Of a stretch of DNA of 64,000 nt, positions 47,001-56,800 are shown piece by piece. Position numbers and translations under genes: made by a program. Every line of letters starts with the position of its first letter. Within the stretch, counting starts at the first letter, position 1. The notes below the pieces were generated by a model. That model was not told where the DNA came from, searched no databases, and was given only the letters and a program-made list of their open reading frames with translations. Where the stretch lies: contig NC_067400.1 in NCBI RefSeq assembly GCF_016432865.1, positions 628,990,001 to 629,054,000 on the forward strand, in the 5' to 3' direction. Origin of the DNA: Antechinus flavipes (taxonomy: Eukaryota).

Positions 47001-50000
47001 GGTCTCGGAGCGATGGTGAGGGTGTCATTTTAAACTTTCTTTTGAAATTGTGAGTTCCGTATTCTCTCCCTTATTCTAGCTGCTTCTTTACTCATTGGGA
47101 AAGCCAGTGATATGATATCAGATATACATGTGAAGTCATTTAAAACATTTCCATGTTCACGTTGCAACAACAACAGCAAAAGGTGAGAAAAATTTAAAAG
47201 TGAAAGAGAAATGCTTCGATCTACACTCGGTTCCTCCGTTCTTTCTCTGGGGACGGATACCCTTTCCCTCCAGGAGTTCTCTGGAATTGTTTCGGACGCC
47301 GTATTGCCGAGAACAGCAAAGTCGTTCACTGCGTACGGTGTTATCCCGATTCCGCTCGTTTTCCCTTTCCAGTGGTCATGTAAGTCCAGTAGTTCCCTCA
47401 CGATTATGTCACAGCCATTCCTCAACGGCTGAGCCTCCCTTCAATTTCCAATTCTAAGCTGTCGCAAAAAGAGCAACTGCAAATATTGCTGTAGAAATGG
47501 GCCCTTTCCTTTGTTCTCTCATTTCTTTGGAATACGGACCTAGTAGTGGTATTTCCGGATCAAAAAGTATACAGTTTGTAGCCCTCTGGGCGTGGTTCCA
47601 AATTGTTTTCCGGATTGGTTGGGTTGGATCAGTTCACAGCTCCACCCATAATGCAGTGGTGTTCCAGTTTTCCCACGTGGTCCTTTTCCTTTTTTGTCAC
47701 CTTAGCCAATGTGCTAGGCGTGGGGTGATGCTTTAGAGCATTTTTTCCTAGGACTATTGTTACGTTTGATTTGTTTCTTCTGACAACCGCCCGTTCATAC
47801 CCAGCGAGAGCAGCCGGAGGGCCCCTGGTGTTTGTAGAGCTGAGACGCTATCTCTCCTGTGCAGGGACTCTCTTGGCGGCGGGAGCTGCCCCAGCAAAGC
47901 CACCATCCATGGGAAGACGGTCATTGTCACGGGGGCCAATACGGGCATCGGGAAGGAGACCGCCCGAGAGTTGGCCCGGAGGGGTAAAAGTCGTCCAACC
48001 CCACGTCCCCTCCCGGGGAGAGCTGAGGTGTAACGGAGGAAGGGAACCCGGGACTTGGAGGCGGTGCTGCCCCGACACCGACCAGCCGCTGGGCCCTGGG
48101 TCTCTGTCTCTTGGATTCAGTGGCTTCCGGGGCCCTTTCAAGTCTGTGATATTCTCATGGGTGGGGGGGGGGTTGCCCCAGTTTCCTCATCTGTAAATCC
48201 AGAGGGTGCGATGTCCGAAGTCCGTTCCCGTGGCCCTGTTTCTGGGTGGTCGCCCTTTAGCTTCAGGACCCCCTTTCTCCCAGCAGGCCCCTCCCCGCTC
48301 AGCTCTCCTTTTCCCTTGTTTTCAGGAGGCCGCGTCATCCTGGCCTGTCGGGACATGGACAAGTGTGAGGCGGCAGCCAGGGAGATCCGGGGGGACACGC
48401 TCAACCACCACGTGGACGCCCGGCCTTTAGACCTGGCCTCCGTGAAGTCCATCCGAGCCTTTGCCGAGAAGATCGTGGAAGGTAGGAAGCCCAGGGGCCG
48501 GGCCCACCCCGGGTCAGGGACGGCCTCCCCCGGGTCAGGGACTGGCTCAGGCCAAGCTCTGAGCCTCGGGGCTTCCCTGGGTGGAGAGGGACCCGGGCCT
48601 GGCCAGAACCCGCGCACTCAGCGCTTCAGACGAGGGGGGCTGCCCCGACCTCAGAACCTGCCCACGGGACCCCATCCAGATTGCCGCCAGAAAGGGGAGG
48701 AATAGGCGTTTGTGAGGTGGGAAGGGGAGGGGGGAGGAGCCGGGGCTCCCCCCGGGGCAGGGCCCAGAAGGAAGGGGCTCAGCTCCCTGCCCCGGGCTAG
48801 GCACCGAGGGGGCCCTGGAGGGGGAGAGCTCTTGGCTCAGGGCCGAGGAGCAGGTTCTGACCAGCACAAGGGGCGCTTTGGAACGGGACGGGGTGGCGTC
48901 TGGCGGGCCTTGAGCGCCCGCATCAGATCTCAGTGCACCCTGTGCCTTGGGGGGCCCCGCGCTGAATTCCGGGAGCAGAAGGGGCCGGGGCGGAGGCTGC
49001 CCGGGCAGGGCTGGGGCTCCAAGCCATGCGGCCTTTTCTAGAGGAGGAACGTGTAGACGTTCTCATCAACAACGCCGCCGTGATGAGGTGCCCGCACTGG
49101 ACCACTGAGGACGGCTTTGAGATGCAGTTGGGGGTCAACCATTTGGGTAAGTGGCAGCCCCTCCTGGGGAGCCCGGGGTCCCCAAGCCCCTCCAGCTCCC
49201 AGACTTGGCTCCCTTATCGAGGGCTGCGGGCTGAAAGGCGGCCCCTGGCTGCCAGAGTTGGAGGGCGGGCACCCGGGGGAATGACCGGGGGCCTCCTCCC
49301 CGTGCCCCTCGCCCCCCCCAGGTCACTTCCTCCTGACCAACCTGCTGCTGGAGAAGCTGAAGGCGTCGGGGGCCTCCCGCATCATCAACGTCTCCTCGCT
49401 GGCTCACGTCGCAGGCCACGTGGACTTCGAGGACCTGAACTGGGAACGGCGCCCCTATGACGCCAAGGCCGCGTACTGCCAGAGCAAGCTGGCCGTGGTG
49501 CTGTTCACCCGGGAGCTCAGCCGGCGGCTGGCAGGTGAGCCTGAGGGGGGCCGGGGGCTGGCAGGTGAGCCCGAGGGGGGCCGGGGGCTGGCAGGTGAGC
49601 CCGAGGGGGGCCGGGGGCTGGCAGGTGAGCCCGAGGGGGGGGCAGTCCGGCCCGCACAGGAAAGGCGTGACGTCAGGGGGTGACCCTCAGCTCGGGCCGG
49701 GATCCCGGGGAATGTGGTGGGCAGGCCGCGGCTGTAGATGGCCACTCCCCCTCCCCAAGCCCCCGTGAGAGTCCGAATGCCCCCCCCCCCAGCTTGCCGC
49801 AGGTGAGGAGGAGGAGGGGTCCCGAGGGCAGGACCCATGCTCCTCCCCCCCCAACAGGGACTTCGGTCACTGCTAACGCCCTGCACCCCGGGGTGGCCGG
49901 CACCGAGCTGGGCAGACACACGGGCATGCACAAGTCCACCTTTTCCAGCACAGTCCTTGGTAAGTCCCTCAGGCCGCCCCCCAGGACAATGAGCAGGAGT

Positions 50001-50417
50001 TCTGAGAGCCCCCAGGATTCCCCCAGGGAGGCACAGGAACAGAGATGGGTCATCACCTAGTGGGGAGGGGGCTTCACAAGCGTCTTCCCCTCTGAGAGCC
50101 TCAGTTTCCCCACCTGCCAGGCGAGGCGTGTCCTCAGGGCCTCCCTGACTCTCTCCCGTGTGCTGACCCCAGGCCCCTTCTTCTGGTTGCTGATAAAGAC
50201 GCCCAAGTTGGCGGCCCAGCCGAGTGTCTACCTGGCCGTGGCCCCGGAGCTCAGCGGGGTCTCGGGCAAGTATTTTAACGCCTTCCGGGAGAAGGACCCG
50301 GCCCCCCAGGCCCAGGACGACGAGGCGGCTCAGAGACTTTGGGCCTGCAGCGCTCAGCTGGTGGGGCTGCCGGAGGCCGGATCGCCCGGGAAAACCACTA
50401 AGGTGCGGGGCTCCTGA
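41931..50417 (+). CDS. RDH13: Retinol dehydrogenase 13 (SDR family), 334 aa, 7 exons
   Basis: Exons 41931-41995, 47865-47983, 48326-48481, 49042-49146, 49322-49534, 49858-49959, 50173-50417. MSRYVLPLS.., [13 protein letters not shown] catalytic motif, NALHPG. AATAAA 50663-50668. Confidence 0.97.
42690..43570 (+). mobile_element. Old LINE-1 3' fragment interrupted by a minisatellite
   Basis: L1 ORF2-end text (gtggtggcagagaattggaaactgagggaatgcccatcagttggggaa) resumes after the array (aagaagtggtaaagaggatgatttgagagaaac..gcaggaccaggagaa). Confidence 0.7.
42865..43455. repeat. 64-bp minisatellite (~9 units, alternating A/B dimer) in RDH13 intron 1
   Basis: (T/G)AAGC anchor at 42916, 42980, 43043, 43107, 43162, 43226, 43290, 43354. 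Confidence 0.85.
43855..43970 (+). mobile_element. WSINE1-like SINE
   Basis: gggggcagctagatggtgcagtggatagagctccagtcttggagtcag..gtgtgaccctgg..ttaaccccaatt. Confidence 0.75.
43971..44017. repeat. (CA)n microsatellite at the SINE tail
   Basis: About 23 CA units. Confidence 0.95.
44801..45885 (+). mobile_element. Young 5'-truncated LINE-1 with poly(A) and a 14-bp TSD, inserted into an older L1
   Basis: ORF2 C-terminus ([22 protein letters not shown]), 3'UTR and A tail. TSD AAGACTCTGCCCTA at 44787-44800 and 45886-45899. Confidence 0.95.
47030..47750 (-). mobile_element. Old LINE-1 3' fragment, CpG-enriched
   Basis: Degenerate minus-strand ORF2-end/3'UTR (ggatcaaaaagtatacagtttgtagccctctgggcgtggttccaaattg..). 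Confidence 0.7.
49520..49640 (+). repeat. 30-bp tandem repeat x4 containing the RDH13 exon-5 donor
   Basis: GGCTGGCAG|GTGAGCC(C/T)GAGGGGGGCCGGG, with GT at 49535, 49565, 49595, 49625. Confidence 0.92.
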
Positions 50418-51889
50418 GTCCCGTCTTAGGCCCGTTCTCGTCTGCTCCTCGGCGGGGGCCTGGACTGCCTGGGCGCCCCCCCCCCGGGAAGGCCCGGGGC
50501 CCCTCGCACTCACCGCGGCGTCATGGGAGGCTCCACCCGGAGACCTTCTCCCAGAGCACACGGAGCTCCCGGCCGGGGCCCCCGCTCCCAGGAGCCCCTC
50601 CGGGCGCCAGGACCGGGGAGCTCCTCACCAGTCACCGGAGATTTCAGTTAGGGATTAGCGGAAATAAAGACAATGACCTCACCAAGAACGTTTCCTTGGA
50701 TTTGCCTTCTGGATGAATGGGGAGCCTGGGGAGGAGGACTGGGGTCAAGGGGCAGAGGTCAGACCCAACTTCCCCTCTCAGCATCTCGGGGTCCTCGTCC
50801 AAAACGAGAGGGAACTTATGTCCTCGGAGCCAGCTCTCTGGCCTGCCCGGACATAAGCCCCCACGCCCCCAGCCAATCCCTCCGTCTGGGGACACCCCCT
50901 CCCCACAGTGGGACCCTTCTACCCAGGGCCCATCCAGCTCCAGCCCTGACCCCTCCCCTCTCGGCCTCTCTGCCGGAGGCCCTCCCTGGGGACGCCCCGC
51001 TTCTTAGATGGGCAGATGCCAGGAGCCCCGAGATTCTGGCCGGAGCAGGCCGGGGAGGTCCCTGAGCTTGGGAGCTCCCGGCGGGTGCTGGGAGACCCTG
51101 GGGAGGTCATGGGGGGAGGAGACCTCCCTCCAGGGCTTAAGAAACCATGGCCGGGAGCCAATCAGGGGAGGGAGAGTCTGGCTGGCCCCTCACCCTCCCC
51201 AGGACCCCCGTGCCCCCAAGCCGCCCGCACTGGGGCCAGGCTTCAGGGCAGCTGCCCAGAGGGCTCCAGTGCAGCCCAACTTCATTTTAGAGTGGGAAAT
51301 TGAGGCACAGACAGGGAGGGGCCAGGCCAGGGTCCTTTCTGGGGTGGGGCCCTCCAGAGTCAGACGGGCCGCTGCATCCCTCTGGAGTCAGAGGGAGGCT
51401 GGAGCTGGGCCTGGGGCAGACGCCGCCCCTCAGGCAGTCACTTCCCTCTGGGCACCGGGAGATGAGGGAACCACCTACTATGTGCCAAGTGCTCACAACG
51501 GCCCAGGGAAGCGCTTAGCCCCATTTTACAACTGAGGAGACTGAGGCAGAGAAAAGGGGGGAACGGGGCGGGGCCCGAGGCCGCCCAACAAGCCGGAAAC
51601 ATGAGCGCCTTTCTCCAGCTCCTGCCCTTGGCCCCACCCGGGGCTCCCTCCCGGTGAACAAACAGGGCGGGCTGGGCAGTCCCAGCCGGCCCGGCAGGTT
51701 CCCCGCCCGCCCATGGGGGAGGGGCCGGCCCCGCCCCCCGGGACCTTCCCGGTCTGGGAGCTCTGCGGAGCCTCCCATTGTTTTGGAAACGACCCGTAAG
51801 CGTTTAACACCTGATACCCGCGGGGCCCCAGGGTGGGGGCGGAGAGGAGCGGGCCCAGGCCCGGGATGGGCCACAGATGCAAATGTAGC

Positions 51890-52345
51890 GGGCGCAGCCG
51901 AAGGGAGCCTCGGACCGGGAGGGCCAGCGGTGGGCGCAGCCGGGGGTCCGGGGGCCGGGAGGAAGGGCCAGCGGTGGGCGCAGCCGGGGGTCCGGGGGCC
52001 GAAGGGAGGGCCAGCGGTGGGCGCAGCCGGGGGTCCGGGGGCCGGGAGGAAGGGCCAGCGGTGGGCGCAGCCGGGGGTCTGGGGGCCGAAGGGAGGGCCA
52101 GCGGTGGGCGCAGCCGGGGGTCCGGGGGCCGGGAGGAAGGGCCAGCGGTGGGCGCAGCCGGGGGTCCGGGGGCCGGGAGGAAGGGCCAGCGGTGGGCGCA
52201 GCCGGGGGTCCGGGGGCCGAAGGGAGGGCCAGCGGTGGGCGCAGCCGGGGGTCCGGGGGCCGGGAGGAAGGGCCAGCGGTGGGCGCAGCCGGGGGTCCGG
52301 GGGCCGAAGGGAGGGCCAGCGGTGGGCGCAGCTGAAGGGAGCCTC
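51890..52345. repeat. 43-44-bp GC-rich minisatellite (~10 copies)
   Basis: GGGCCAGCGGTGGGCGCAGCCGGGGGTCCGGGGGCCG.. at 51921, 51965, 52008, 52052... Confidence 0.92.
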
Positions 52346-52971
52346 GGACCGGGAGGGCCAGTGGTGGGCTGCCAGGCCCCAAACCGTCCCAGACTGGCGC
52401 TCTCCCGCCAGCGGGGAGCCCGGGCTGGCTACACCCCCGGAAGACTCTGCTCCGAGCCGCCTGGCCTAGGGTCGAGGGGCGCGAGGGCTCCGCGCCAGGC
52501 TCCTTGGAGCCCCGGTTTCCACAGCTGAGAAGGGCCATCTCCCCCCCCACACACACACACACACTCCCTAATTCCCGCTTTCCCGACGCTCCAAGGCTCC
52601 CGACTGCCCGTGCTCCTTCAGGGGCTCAGGGGCAGGGACTCGGCCAGGCTGGCCCAGTCTCACGTGGCTAAGGTGGGCCTGGACCCGGGGTGGGGGGTGA
52701 GGGGGGGCGCCTGAGGCCCAGCGGAGGGGGCGGTATGGGCAGCTCAAGTGCCCCGCCCCTCTCCCGGTGTGCCCCGCCCCTCTCCCGGTGTGCCCGGACT
52801 GACAGGTGTGCTGGCGGGGGCGGGGAGGGACTGGAGCAGGGGAGGAACAGGAAGCAGGGACTGGCTGAGCGCGGGAGGGAGGGACTCGGGGCTCAGTTTC
52901 GGTCACACCCAAGGCCAACCACAGGCTGCGGCAGGGCCTCTTTCCACTGTTCCACTCGGTCTTCTGCTTCC

Positions 52972-53600
52972 AGGGACCCAGGCATCCTGATCCCCCAGTG
53001 CCCGCCTCCCTAAGGACCCAGGTATCCTGATCCCCCAGTGCCCGCCTCCCTAAGGACCCAGGTATTCTGATCCCCAGGTGCCCACCTCCCTTAGGACCCA
53101 GGAATCCTCCTATGCCCAACTCTCTTAGGGCCCGGGCATCCTTATCCCCCAGTACCCACCTCCCTAAGGATCCAGGTTTTCTGATCCCCTCTGCCCACCT
53201 TTCTAAGGACCCAGGTATCCTGATCCCCCAGTGCCCACCTCCCTTAGGACCCAGGAATCCTCCTATGCCCAACTCTCTTAGGGCCCGGGCATCCTTATCC
53301 CCCAGTACCCACCTCCCTAAGGATCCAGGTTTTCTGATCCCCTCTGCCCACCTTTCTAAGGACCCAGGTATCCTGATCCCCCAGTGCCCACCTCCCTTAG
53401 GACCCAGGTATCCTGATCCCCCAGTGCCCGCCTCCCTAAGGACCCAGGTATCCTGATCCCCCAGTGCCCGCCTTCCTAAGGACCCAGGTATCCTGATCCC
53501 CCAGTGCCCGCCTCCCTAAGGACCCAGGTATCCTGATCCCCCAGTGCCCGCCTCCCTAAGGACCCATCCCTTGCGCCCACCTCCCTTAGGCCCGGGCTTA
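52972..53600. repeat. ~40-bp minisatellite (~16 units) with a 153-bp higher-order duplication
   Basis: GGACCCAGGTATCCTGATCCCCCAGTGCCCGCCTCCCTAA. A variant block GGAATCCTCC.. occurs at 53101 and 53254. Confidence 0.9.
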
Positions 53601-53851
53601 GGAGCTCCAGCCCCACCTCCCAGAGCCACACCCAGCGGGTGAAGGCTTAGGTATGTGGGGAGCGGTGGGCCGCGGGTCCAAGAAGGGAGCCTGCGGCCTC
53701 TGCCCCTCCGGGGCCCCACGGCAGCCCAGCAGCAGCGCCTGCCTTTCCCCCCCCACAGCAGGACCCGAAGGGCCCCGCCCCCCAGGCTCCCGGGGTCTCC
53801 CGGCCCCACCTACAGCCTCTCCTCTCCCGGGGCGCCTGGACTGGGGCCACC

Positions 53852-56800
53852 ATGAGCAGCCCCGCAGGGTGAGTGTCCGCCCCCCCATCCCTTCTCCCTC
53901 TTGGTTCGGGCCGTCAATGGGGGGAGGGGTCTGACCTGCTTCCCCCTGTGACTCTCTGACCCTCCCCCCAGGCCCGCTGCAGCCCCCAAGCCCAGCGCCA
54001 AGTCCATCTATGGTGAGTCGGGGGCTAGGCAGGGCTGGGGGCCGGGCCGGCCTTGGCTGTAAAGGAGCTGCCCAGAAACTCCCCCGGCCCGGCCCAGAAG
54101 CTCCTCCGGCCGGGGCCAGAAGTTCCCCGGCCCGGCCCGGATGGATCGGCTGGGGCTAAGGGGAGGAGCTCTGGAGGTGGAAGGCCCCGCCCCATAGCCT
54201 CAGGACCGGATTCCATCTTTCCTTTGGGCCTCAGTTTCCTTGTCTGTAAAATGGGTGTGGGTGGGGTAGACAGCCCTGTTAGCTCCTTCTCCCTCCAAGT
54301 GGAGGCTCCTCGGGTCCCTCCCTCACTGGCAGAGAAGGGAGACTCAGAAGGGGGTGCAGAACTTGGGGGGCGGGGCGGGAGCGACCGTCCCTCAGCTTCC
54401 CCCTCTGGTCCCAGAGCAAAGGAAGAGGTACTCCACAGTGGTCATGGCAGACGTGTCCCAGTACGCCGTCAACGTGAGTTATTGGGGGGGAGGGGAGCAG
54501 GGGAAGTAGGGGAGGCCCGGAGAGAGCCCGGGCTGACCTGCCTCGCCCCTCCCCCCAGCACCTGGTGACCTTCTGCTTGGGGGAGGAGGACGGGGTCCAC
54601 ACCGTGGAGGACGCCTCCAGGAAGCTCTCGGCCATGGACGCCCAGGGGCGCATCTGGGCCCAGGAGATGCTGCTGCAGGTGTCCGCCGGCCACGTGAAGC
54701 TGCTGGACGTGGACTCCAAGGTCAGGAGGCGGGCTCTGGTGCTGGACCTGAGCCCCAAGGTCACCCTCCCAGCCCCCTGGCCCCCCCCCCTTCTTCCTGT
54801 GGAGAAGCAGAGGGGGAGGTCGGGGGTCTGCCTCTGGGGTCAGAGGGGAGGGAATAGGGAGGGGGTCTGCCTCTGGGGTCAGAGGGGAGGGAATGGGGAG
54901 GGGGGCTGCCTCTGGGGTCAGAGGGGAGGGAATGGGGAGGGGGGCTGCCTCTGGGGTCAGAGGGGAGGGAATGGGGAGGGGGGCCGGAGACAGGCAGCCG
55001 CCCCGCTTGCGAGCCTCCACGCCCTCCCACAGGAGGAGCTGGAGTCCTACGCCCTGCCCTCCATCCTTCGCTGCGAGACCGTGCTCCCCCCGGGCCAGAC
55101 CCACTCGCTGCTCCTCCTGGTGTGCCAGGAGCCCGAGCGGCCCCAGCCCGACGTCCACTACTTCCAGGGCCTCCGGGTCGGGGTGAGCGGGGGTCAGGGC
55201 TGGGAAGGGGGAGCTGCGAGCTCCCCCCAGGCCGGGGGGGGCGGGGCGGGGCGGTGCCGGGGGAGGGCCCTCTGAGCGGCCGGAGCCCCCGGGGCTAGCT
55301 GGGGGTGCTGGTACAATCAGGGACTAAAAAGGGCTCGGGAGCTCAGCGGGGAGGGGAGAAAACAGGAGGGAGGAGCGAGGGAGACGGCATGAGGGGAGAG
55401 CCCGGCCCTGCTCCGGCTCTGGGGGGGGGGGGATCTCCTGCTCAGAGAGGGGAGGCCCTGGGGTGGGGAGCCCCCCCACATTGTCTCTGCTTGGCAGGCG
55501 GAGCTGATCCGAGAGGACATCCACGGGGCCTTGCAGGCCCAGCGCTCGGGCAGCGGGGATCGGCGGGCAGCCGCCCTGAGGTGGGCGGGGAGCCGGGCAC
55601 CCAGGGAGGGGAGGGGGCGCTGAGATCTGGGGCCCCGGCTGACCCCCGCCCCCCACAGGGCCACCCAGGAGGAGCTGAGCCGCACGCCCAGCCCCGGGCC
55701 CGGGGACGCCCCCTTCCAACGCCGGCCTTCCACTCGCGTGGCCATAGCCCCCCGGGAGCGCCCAGCGGGACCGCGGGCCGGAGAGGAGGCAGCCGTCGCC
55801 GAGGAGCAAGAAGGTGAAGGCTGGGGGGCAGCTTGTGCCCTTGGGGAGCCCCTCACCCGCGGGGCCCCTGGCCGGAGACTCAGCCCTGCTCCCGGGGACC
55901 AGTCTGAGCAGGGAAATGGCAGCCAGCCGCGGGCTAAAGCTGGTAGGGAGGTGGGCACCGCAGTGGCGGGGAGGGGGCAGCGCCGGCCGCCCACAAGCCC
56001 TGCCTCCCTCCCCAGGTACCCAGAGGCCGGCCCTGGAACTGGCCAGTCTGGAGGCGGAGCGCAACGTGGTGAGCCTCGGGCGGGGGAGGAAGGGGCGGGG
56101 AGGGGCCGTCAGGGGTCCCCTCCCTGTCTCACCCTCTCCCGGCTCCTAGGACATCCTGAACCACATCCTGGATGATGTCGAGAGCTTCGTGGCCAAGCTG
56201 CAGAAGTCGGCCGAGGCCTCCCGCGTCCTGGAGCACCGGGAGCGCGGCCGGCGGGCCCGGCGGAGGGCCGCGGGAGGTGGGGGCTCCGGAGAGGGGGGAG
56301 GTGGGACCCCCGGAGAGGAGGGAGGTGGGACCCCCGGAGAGGAGGGAGGTGGGGGCCCCGGAGAGGAGGGAGGTGGGGTCCGTGTCTCTGCCTCTGGGTC
56401 TGTCTCCCCCATCTCCCTCTCTCTGTCTCTCTCTCCTGCCTTCTCCGTCCCCCATGTCTCCTTTCCCAAGCCTCCCTGGGGTCACATCCCCCACCACCCG
56501 AGGCCCCCAGGCCACGCTGGCAGGGGGGGGAAGGGATCTGCCTAAGCTGGGCCAGGGCCGGAGGGGTGCCTCGGGGCTCTTTCCCGCACACGGAGATTCT
56601 CCTCCCCTCCCCCCTCTCTCCCTCAGAGGGGCTCCTGACCCTTCGGGCCAAGCCCCCCACGGAGGAGGAGTACATAGACATCCTGCGCAAGATCAAGTAC
56701 TCCTTCAGCCTGCTGGTGAGATAGCCCCCGTCCCGGGCCGCGAGCACCCCGCTCCCTGGGATGGGGGGGCGCGGCTGACCCAGAAGCCTCTCCCCCCAGG

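Noticed and set aside
49066-49080. RDH13 NNAA instead of the SDR NNAG motif
   Set aside because: I recall NNAA also in rodent Rdh13. The cofactor and catalytic motifs are intact, so it is not evidence of lost function.
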